Both the position numbers and the translations under genes were made by a program. The notes under the pieces are model-generated. The model worked only from the letters and a program-made list of their open reading frames with translations. It did not search any database and was not told the origin of the DNA. Positions 1 through 9,200 of a stretch of 64,000 nucleotides of DNA are shown here, one piece after another; the stretch's first letter is position 1, and each line of letters opens with the position of its first letter. Origin of the DNA: Polymyxa betae A26-41 (taxonomy: Eukaryota > Protista > Endomyxa: Phytomyxea); the NCBI GenBank assembly GCA_003693705.1, contig RBZT01000198.1, positions 1 to 64,000 of the forward strand, written 5' to 3'.

Positions 1-455
1 CACGAATTACAGCTCGTTATCAACTCTGATTTATTCCAGCTCGAATCCCAGGACCCAAATCCAGCTCGGTCCGTACGGATGCCGTACGGTCCTCTCGGGG
101 GTCGAGCCTATTAATATTAAGGTACGTCGTCATACTTCCATCAGGTTCGCATCTTTGTTATGCATCAGACTTATGCGTCCGTCATCAGGAGCCATTGCGT
201 GCGCAGTTCGTCAAACTGCGTACGCTGTTTTTTGGGAATTCAGGATTTTATATTATTATTTTAATAAATCTGATACAGCTGCCTGTCAATGCATCGGTGA
301 CAGTTGCTCCATCCGGCAAGGATGTCAAGCCTGCCAACAATGACTACATCATTTCGTGTACTGAACTACAATCTCCGTATCGGCGGTCAACATCTCCTGG
401 CATTTCGAACCCAAAAACAGATCAGTCTTTCGGGACATGGTTTCGGGGCCCCTGA
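1..455 (+). other. Possible 3' part of an unknown spliced gene or degraded coding relic next to the Rep element
   Basis: Candidate GT-AG introns 122-168 and 220-278 would join an open frame (...GVEPINIK|TYASVIRSHCVRSSSNC|LPVNASVTVAPSGKDVKP...WFRGP*). No recognisable family, and other readings are possible. Confidence 0.2.
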
Positions 456-886
456 AGTCGTCAAGGAATGAACTTAATCTAAAACTGCGGGCTTTTACAA
501 AATTTTCAATATTACCATTCAATGAGCGGAAAAAAATTAACAATATACTGCAGTTTAATCTGAAGTCCGAATATTGTGCTGTGAGTGTGTGTCCGGATCT
601 GATATACGGATATAAATCTCACCGTCAGTGATGCTGCTGCCGTCTCTCCATTTGGCATGAGCGTGAAGCTATCAGCTGTCAGTTTTTGTGCTTTTGCAAG
701 GTCGTCTTTGCGGTTGCTCATGTGAAATTTGCATTCCGCAAGCATTTCTCCTTCCTCAGACGATCCGCAACACTCATCTTCCGAATCATCGAAATCCGAG
801 TCCAGGCGTCGTTTTCCTAAAACACTCACAGTAGAATCAACATCCGTGCTGCAAACCAAACATGACGATGTCGAAGGCGAATCCAT
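349..886 (-). CDS. Hypothetical ORF downstream of Rep (acidic tract, LGKRR NLS-like motif); 3' structure uncertain
   Basis: ATG at 886 (MDSPSTSSCLVC...VLGKRRLDSDFDDSEDECC). The frame is open to 512. A second frame (349-543, RGPETMSRKT...) could be joined by splicing or be a relic. Confidence 0.3.
379..565 (-). repeat. Left arm of a diverged inverted homology (partner 2964-3148)
   Basis: Reverse complement of 385-471 aligns ungapped to 3054-3140 at 63/87 nt (hand count). Similarity extends to CTTCAGATT at 557-565/2964-2972. Confidence 0.8.
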
Positions 887-1108
887 GTTAACAACAACGA
901 TCAAATTGAATAATGAACCAAAAACGGATCCGGTTACCACGACGTCAACATACTTACCTTGACGAAATACTCAAACATACCGCCATGCACAACAGCGACA
1001 CTTAACAACGTCATAGTGCATGGCACATCATATCTGCAGGGCACATCATGACGAAAACAGTCAACTTGGGAACATAACGAACACCAAAAATAGCATCCAC
1101 GAGGTGTA

Positions 1109-1234
1109 GTTAGGTAACCCTATTATCGACCAATATAGTTACCTAACACATCACCCCTGACTATACAGTTACCTAACTACTTATAAACAATATAGAGTTA
1201 CGTAACTACTTTCGACAATGTAGAGTTAGGTAAC
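1109..1234. repeat. Five palindromic GTTA(GG/CC/CG)TAAC units at 28-30 bp periodicity (iteron/origin-like minisatellite)
   Basis: Cores at 1109-1118 GTTAGGTAAC, 1138-1147 GTTACCTAAC, 1168-1177 GTTACCTAAC, 1197-1206 GTTACGTAAC and 1225-1234 GTTAGGTAAC. Confidence 0.9.
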
Positions 1235-1245
1235 TACAACTTTAT

Positions 1246-2610
1246 TTATTCCACATTAGACGGGGAATTCACACCCGAATCAACCGCAAGGGCCGCAAGA
1301 TCGCGAGCAGCAACGACGTCTTCGTCTATCGAAACTTGGGTAGAGGCCACATCCTCGATCGGACAAACACGAACAGGTACGTAACAACCGTCGTCGCCAA
1401 CAGTCAAACCCCAACCATCAACAACGGCCTTAATTTTAGCAGCCGCGCGCGACCGTACATCGTCGATACGACCGCATCGAACACAAGCACAAAACTGGGC
1501 GGTTCCAGCACACCGCTCTCGCAGATCGACTTCGGTAAATCGTCGATGGATCGGCAGACGTTGCCGGTCATCCGTATAGCATTCGTCGATAGAATAATTC
1601 GACGTCACAATCGTGTGACTCGGCCTGATCTTCCAATATTCCTGTTTAGGCTGTCCCATGAACGGATACACGTCCGCCCATTTCTTAATCCAGGATGACT
1701 TGATATCGCCGGGTTCGATCTCTTCCACGAACGTCACCGGCTCGTCATTGTAGCCACTCCACCATTTGTTAGAGTCCTTAAGAAAAACGTCGGTCGGGCG
1801 GAACGATTTCCAAACGAAATAACTTTTTCCAATATCGCCTGGACCCACAATCCAGACGTTACGATCGCGGGGATTACCGGGCAGGACCGGCAGCTGACGG
1901 CGGCCCATGAATTGCGTCCGATCAATCAGCAGCGCGTTCGCATGACGCATCCGCATCGAGGCGTCAATGGAATCCCAGTCACCGCGACGACAGGAGGCGA
2001 ACGCATCCTGAGCCAGAACCTTGAAGGGTGTCTTGTGGGCAGGGCGGGGGGGACGAACCCCCCGCTCCTCCCCGTCCCACGACGGATTAGCTCCCTCTTG
2101 GGACTGCTGTTCAGAGCCTTTGGTACAGTAGCAAAAGCAATTCCAACGAGAATGCTGATAGGTCGTCTTCTTGCCACACGGTAACACATTAGTGACGACG
2201 TCAAAGTGCGCATCGCCAATACCAAGCGCAGCCTTGACAGTACGACCACGCTTGCCGCCCGTCAGCTCCAGATAACATTGCAAATGCAGACCTTGCGTCT
2301 GCGTCACCTCACGCCCAAACACGACAAACGAAACCTATTACATTACTAAATTACTGCCTTCCTCAATGTTAACAACTTAAGACGTTACCCAATCGTTGTC
2401 GAACAGACTTAAAAACTTTGTAACACGTTCGACGTGGGAGCCCTCATCGTAATGTATAGTCACCAGCCAATACTTCGACTGTTTGTTGAGAACCGGAATA
2501 CCCTCCGGATTCAGAGCACCCGAGCCACGAGGGCGACCTGCACCGGGACGCCGACCACCTGCACCACGACGACCATCCTCTTCAGCATCCACATCAACAA
2601 ACGCCGACAT
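1246..2610 (-). CDS. rep: CRESS-DNA-virus-type replication initiator Rep (HUH endonuclease + SF3 helicase), 2 exons: 2610-2389, 2334-1246; 436 aa
   Basis: Motif I YWLVTIH, motif II LHLQC, motif III YCTK, Walker A GPGDIGKS, Walker B VEEI, motif C IVTSN, Arg finger IHRRF. A 54-nt GTAACG...TAATAG intron (2335-2388) holds the three in-frame stops. AATAAA overlaps the stop codon. Confidence 0.93.
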
Positions 2611-2963
2611 ATTATAAAAATAACATATTTTGATTACCTGTTCGCATTTTGATTATCTGTGAGGGGACCCCCATTCAGGAAATCAAAAGTGCGTGACAGG
2701 CACGAAGGGCCGCGCAGAGGCCACGCACCCGATTTCCACCAATCAATAGTATATCTGTTTGGTATAATTTTGGAGTCGTATTCGTTCGGGTTTTTTGTCC
2801 AGTGCTTGTTTGTCATACCCGAATGGGGGCCAATGCTCCGTTTCGCATCCGAAGCGATCCCATCTCGAAGCCTTGTGCTATGATACAGCACCGCCCGTTG
2901 AATCCAACAATTTAGTTGAATCGAATGGAATCCAATCCAATCCAGATCTATCAACAATAATCG

Positions 2964-3148
2964 CTTCAGATTCAAACTGTGGTTAATCGTTGATTCTTTG
3001 TTCATTGAATGGATATATTGCCGATCTGTGCGAGTTAAGGTTTCAAATGAAGTTTATGTCTCAATAATCTCAGGGGGCCCGAGGCCACTTCCCGAAAGAC
3101 TTATCTGATGTTGCGCTCTAATTGCGAGAAGTTGTTGACCGGGCCGAT
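2964..3148 (+). repeat. Right arm of the diverged inverted homology (degraded paralogous copy)
   Basis: Reads LNNLRGPEATSRKTYLMLRSNCEKLLT versus LDDFRGPETMSRKTDLFLGSKCQEMLT in the left arm. Its upstream part has a stop/frameshift in that frame. Confidence 0.8.
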
Positions 3149-3238
3149 TACTATAGCAACAAGGCAATTTAAAACGTCAAGCATTTAAGTTGTTCACTTT
3201 TGACAACGATGAACTTTATTATATTGTAGGCCGGTTTA

Positions 3239-6200
3239 TCATCCGTCAACTTCTAACAGCAATACTACACCGTTGAGAATCCATTTCGCAGGTGGCGCCT
3301 TTGTCCTTAAACCTGCTGCGAACACATATGTTGGTCCGCGTCGTTGTGTCTTGTACACCGGGCAGTTATATACACCCGTTTTTTCTTGCTTATCGGCAAG
3401 AATGGCACGACAGTTCATGACAGGTAATTCCATGAACATCTCTCTAGGCAGCGAATCTTCCAGGATACCCTGTTTTGTGTTCCAACGAGCGCCGACGATC
3501 TTCAGCCCTGATATGTAGGCGCCGTCACGAGCTGGACCATCGATTTGTTCAGCTTCATATCGAGTAACCTCCGTCTGAATCACGAGCTTGTCCAGTTCGA
3601 GATTGTTCCTTTGCGCTGTTGTCTGCATAATCGCCGTCAGGAACGATTGCGGATTAAAGAAGTATGGCAGCTGGACGACGAATGGCAGATTGGTAGGACT
3701 ATCGACCCATCTCTGTAGTTGAGCAATACGCAGAAGTAGATCCTCGGTCCAGGTTGCCAGATCTCGAAGGGATGGATATGCCACAGCGGCCTATAAAAAC
3801 ATTTAAAAAGCTAGATAACATTCAAGGTATAAGAATTACCCAAATTGTAGGAACCCGATTCAAGAAGAGAGACTGCTCAAGAGCTTCCATTCGGGCATTC
3901 CTGGTGAGAGCACCAGATAGACCCATGTCGAGCTCAGTAATTGATCGATTAATCTCATCAGTGAGGATATTCATACGAACACATTCTTGCATGAACACGT
4001 TCTGATATGGACCACGTTCCTCTTCGGTTAGAGCGGCGGAAATCTCCTCCATGTCGAAACGGATATCTCGGAACCTGTCTTGGAGCTGCTCCAGAACCTG
4101 CTCGATACGGGACTGGCTGCCTCGACCGCCATCTCCACCGCTTGCGCCTTTTGGTTGTAATTCCATTAAATTCGCAAATAAGTCACTAAAATTAGTGAGC
4201 ATGGTCGTCATAGCAGACTGCCGACGAACTTACTTTGATTCTTGAGTACGAACTCCAATTTCGGCATTCGGATGTAGACCGAACAGAACGGGACTTTCGA
4301 ATTGAAGTTCGCGATCAATATACGTGAAGTATTCGTCATATGGTAGTACAGGAGGTGCCCTGAAATGTTCCTCTCCTGTAGGTTCAACATATGGCAGCAG
4401 CTCCATCTCATCAAATAGCTCATCACGCATATAAAATTTAAGATACGTTGAGCAGAGCAAACGATCCCAATCGTCAGTGATGTGACCACCATACATGATC
4501 TCACCAAAGATATAACGAAGATCGTCCCATGGCACCTATCATAGACAACGTTTAGAATCTGGCAACGAGACGCGGACCTCCGTCTGAACCTTTTCGCCAG
4601 CTGATTCCAGATAGTTGGAGAGAACCGTTGCCGAATCCATCAAGTCGCCGGTGCTAAACGGGTATATGACGTTCCAACCTTTCGGGCCGAATTTTTTCCG
4701 CTCCAGAACGACTGAGTGGAAATGGCACAACCCGAAGATGATGCTCTTAATCTTCGGATCTTTGAATTCGAACTCATCCTTATCAAAGTTTGCAAACGCC
4801 CTACATCGCTACAGTTGAATATCTTTTCAAAAACAGATGTGATGAGGAGATATCGAACCGTTTTAGGTTGGATTTAAGACCTTGTGGTGGTTCATTGGTC
4901 AGTTTGATGGATCTTTCCAGGAGACCGATCGGGATCTTATCGTTAGGTTCGGCAGATAGGAACACGCGGAAGTCCTCGTGTGATTTCTGGATGGCGAAAT
5001 CATCGAGTTTCTTCTCGAGCTCCAACGTCCATTTCGGCATCAGATGGATATTCTCTAATATTACCCAATATCCTTCCTTATGTGCAGCTTCTAATCGAGC
5101 CATGGCGATAATATCCTGGCCTTGACCCATAGCAATCCTATGAACCTTATTGGCGAATCCCAACTTCTTGGCCAACGTCATGACAGTCGCTACAGGATCG
5201 GCACCGGCCGACAATATAAAGAATCTGCAAAAGTATTAGTGCAAGGAGCATATATCATGTAGTAAACTGACATTGGTGTGGTTGGGTTGCTATCGTTGAA
5301 TGAAGTCTCCAGAACATCAAAGAAAGAATTCTGGGCGTCCAGCTCGGTGTACGCCTTACCATTGGGCAGGGCGGTCGACACGAAATTGTTGATGGCAATG
5401 GTCATACGATCAGGACGCATGCACTTAACCACGAGCAGCTTCATGAATGGAGCCGATTCGTCCAGTTTACGCCAATCCAATGGGAGCGGTGTTGATTCCG
5501 GACGTGCCTTCAGGTACCAGTCTTTAAATCGGTTCGGTGAGGCGATCATGTCTTTAGCCAGGGCCTGGAACCCTTCCAGATCGATCAATGCTTGAATGGA
5601 CGCCCATGAACTTGATGATAAAAACGGGAGCGGGTTTTCAACTCCAATCTGTTCATGGCTATTAGCATTGAAGGCGAAACCCTAAGCCCCAAAAATCTTT
5701 GAAACCCGAACTTGAAAAATGTGGCAGATGTTATGAGGGTCCGTGATAAAGTAAAAGAAATGTGCGGGATAAAATGGAAACATGCGTGAGTGACAAAAAA
5801 CTGGAACCTTCTTGATGTCGCTAATTAAGAACTGGAAATGATCGCGATCGAAAGCGACGCTTAAGACGCCCCTCTCAGCCAAACGGAAGACGAGTTGCGA
5901 CGAGAAAATTAATTTGTGCTTCTCGAAGAGACCGCGGCAAACCCAGGTGAAGATAATGATGCGGATCTTCTCGGTGAGGTTCTTGACCCGATCCTTGGTA
6001 TTATCAGCTTTGGTCGATCGATCGATAGCCTTGTAGAAGAACCCAACGAATGCATCTAAAGAAAACCGATACATATGGTCGATTAATTGCAAGGAATTGA
6101 TGAGGAAGTAGATCCAGGACGCCTCAGCCGCCACCATTCGAAATTCGTTTCTCGTCTTATTGATGGCGATTTCCTGCTCCTTGGCGGCATCGACCTTCTT

Positions 6201-9200
6201 GGTGATCTCGACGGCCGCGATCTTGGTTGATTCCAAACCTTCGATCAAGGAAACATCTGACAGGATATCATCGGGTGCATTGCTCAGCTTGTACAGCAGC
6301 TCGTTCTCGAGGTCATTCAAATTCACCATATACTGATTGATAGAACGAACTAGACCAGTTCTTCTCTCTTCCAGCTCTGGTTTCTCCTTATTAACCACTA
6401 CACACATATCGTCAGCATGGCCCGTCTATGAGCGTACTGGTCCCGGCGTATTACCCAGAGCTAGGAGTTGGTCTTCCAGACCGGATTCTGTCACGATAAA
6501 GTTGATCAATGTGCATTGAGCGGCGACTTCCGGTTTATAATGCGGGTTCGACAATTTCGTCTGCAGGTACAGCTGGAAATTGTCGTCGTACGGAACCTGG
6601 AAGAGCCAGGTCGTCAACAGATTTTCCACATGTGCACGAGAGCGGATCTTTGGTTACCTCTTCGCCACCAAGCCGGATGAAGAGACTTCGCCCACGTTTA
6701 AAGAACGACCTTGATATGACGGGATCCAGAAGTCCATCGATCTCTTCAGATAGATTCTCAATAAGGACTGTGTATCCGTTCTGAACGGCGTTCACAACCG
6801 TGTTCAGCCATTTCGGTCCAGTTAAGGACACCACCTGCGAGCGGCAATGAACAAAACCCTAAAACCCTAGCCTAGTATAATCTCTTACTTTTAGGTCTTT
6901 CTCGCGTCCGCGAATCCATTTGACTCCCTGCAACTGCGGATCAATGAGAAGCGGCCATCGCTGACATTGTGTGATGATGGCGCCATTCTCCAACGAGATT
7001 GTATCGGCTGGCAGACCTTCGTTCTTCCATCCGGCGATTGTCGCCTCATCGGTTAGGACAGAGAACGGCGTGATGCCGGGCGTAATCGGAATCGCCTTCT
7101 CCCTGCAAAACACCATCAGCTGACTGTCAAATATCATTACAGCACGGCACGAACTTTAGATCGGGAATCCATTTCGATTGCCACAGAGAGAGGCGGAAAT
7201 CCTGATCGAAGGCGCCAATATACGAGACGAAGGCGGCGCCCAGCAGGACATCACCAACGATAGTACGCGCCTTCTCCTGGAATTCGATAATGCCTTTCCC
7301 CCATCTTTCATTCTCATCAGCCAGACCGCCAACCAACCGATTAGCCAGTGATAGACGCTGCTGACATACACGGGCGTCCTCTTCAACCTGATTCTTCTCA
7401 TTGATGGCTTCCTGCAATTTTGATGTGACCTTGTCCAGCTCGGTCTTCATATCAGCGACCTTCTTCTGAACAACTCCCAACTTCGCCATGGCGTCTTCAT
7501 ACTCAGCTTCGGCCTTGGCCTTGGCAGCCATCTTGGGCGCCACGTTCTTGTAGATGGAATTATACTGGACCGAACTAACGATCCATTTACAGAGGTTTGC
7601 TGCCGCCGAAGAGACCGCCATCATGGGTTCATATTGAAAATGTTCTAGCTTCATGATCGGTAACAGTTCGGTAATGGTTTGATCGGTTAATTCTCGTGCA
7701 TCAACTGCCTTTAACTGCCTTAAGAACTGATCAACACTTGCCATCATCTTCTTGGCCATGTTCCAATCAAACTTGCCAGCCTTCTTTCCAGTCATTAGGA
7801 TGTACGTCGCCTTAGTCACATCAATGACGGCAGCAGTCGGCGATTTGAACGATTTCAACATTGTCAGTGAGTCCTTGTTGAGACAGTTGACGGCCTCACT
7901 GGCCTGCTCCAGGATCGGCAACGCCTGGGCTAGTGCGACCTCACATTCACCTCGGATGGCGTTGGCGGTATCAGCGACGACCTTGCCCTTCTCGGCCTCG
8001 ATATTGGCCAGCGCTTGCTGCTCTTCGACCTTGCCACGTTCAACGCCCATGACGGCAATAAGGTCGGTGGCGCGGGCACTCTTCTGTGCCACAATCTTCA
8101 TGGTGCGCTGCAGATCCTCTTTTAGCAGCGATACGTCCTGCTGGGTCTTTTGCAATGTCGCGATACCCTTCTCCAAACGCGCCGTCTGCATTCCAAGCCT
8201 GACAGATCATTGAGCCCGATGTATCACGTTTATATAGCGGAAAAACAAAGGTTAACTAGGAAATGAGAAACCAAAACAACGATGACTGCGTACAGGTCTT
8301 TTTTCTGTTTGAGAAGTGCTTTATAGAAGGAGATCAGCTCGAGGAAGCTCTTTGGTGTTGTATAGTTATATCGCTTTTGTATAGCAAGGTACTGCTTGGA
8401 GGCTTCATTTACAGACAGATGCACCTCTGCCATATGATGGGCGATGTTCTCCCGCTGCCCATCATCTGCAAACTCGACATCGGCCAGGAATCGATAGGCG
8501 ACCGAGACCAGCGCGTCCTGAGGCCACGGATGGAACCAATCGATACTCGTACAGTTAAATAGGCCCGGGAATTGACGACATCGGACCCGGAACTTCTCAC
8601 CGACCGGTGAGAAGCACAGTACGACGTGCAGATTACGTTTGACCTTTGCCAGGAAGAATTGTTGCATGGCCTCTTTACTCTCAGTTTGTATACCGGCTGC
8701 TCTGGCCTCATTACGTAATGCTGCATAGATGGCATCCTTCTCATCAACTTCGAATAGATCCGGGATGTATCCAGACGACAACAAATCGTTAATATAGACG
8801 AGCCAATGCTCATTGGCGATCTGTGAGTCGGCAAACAAGAATGTGATCTTGACGTTCTTGACTCCGGATTTCTTGTAGAGCTCTTGGAGATCGGCTTTGA
8901 GTTCAGGGACGCCGTACGTCTTGGTCACCGAAATCTGGAACGTCTCATAGCCGCAAATGAACGACGCCAATCGTGCCAGACTCTGTTTACCGCTACCTCC
9001 AACTCCGACCAGTAGGGCATTTCCATTCGGATTCTCAATAATACGTGCAATACGACACACATGATCCATTGCCATACCGAAGAGGACTAAATCCATCACT
9101 GGATTATTGTCATTATACTCTTGAAGGAATGTTGTCAATGTCGTGTTCAATGCCGAATAGTCGGCCATTTGCTGATAGCGACGGTCTGTGCCGGCATCAC

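Larger units (their letters stand above)
379..3148. mobile_element. Endogenous CRESS-virus-like / rolling-circle element (boundaries provisional; may extend beyond window start)
   Basis: Intact Rep, palindrome array and flanking inverted homologous arms, abutting the dynein 3' end (its AATAAA is at ~3215-3220). Confidence 0.6.

Noticed and set aside
160-230. Integrase-type zinc finger (TYASVIRSHCVRSSSNCVRC)
   Set aside because: CxxC spacing is suggestive, but there is no upstream His pair or downstream DDE core, and the frame contains stops.
1109-1234. CRISPR array
   Set aside because: Eukaryotic context, 10-bp cores, 18-20-bp spacers that resemble each other, and no cas genes.
2335-2388. 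Stop-codon readthrough or alternative genetic code
   Set aside because: The stops lie inside a clean GT-AG intron, and host genes use TAA/TAG/TGA as normal stops. ORF fragmentation throughout is explained by introns.
1246-2610. Helitron or Replitron transposase
   Set aside because: The helicase is SF3 (short Walker A/B/C), not Pif1/SF1, and Replitrons lack a helicase.
2960-2985. U2 snRNA start (ATCGCTTC)
   Set aside because: Only 8 nt match; no GTGTAGTA branch-pairing region or Sm site.
3090-3115. Hammerhead ribozyme (GAAA...CTGATG)
   Set aside because: Core order and stems do not fit, CTGATGA is incomplete, and the segment is part of the coding-like inverted arm.
5056-5064. Geminivirus nonanucleotide TAATATTAC
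   Set aside because: Inside a dynein exon with no flanking stem; a chance match.
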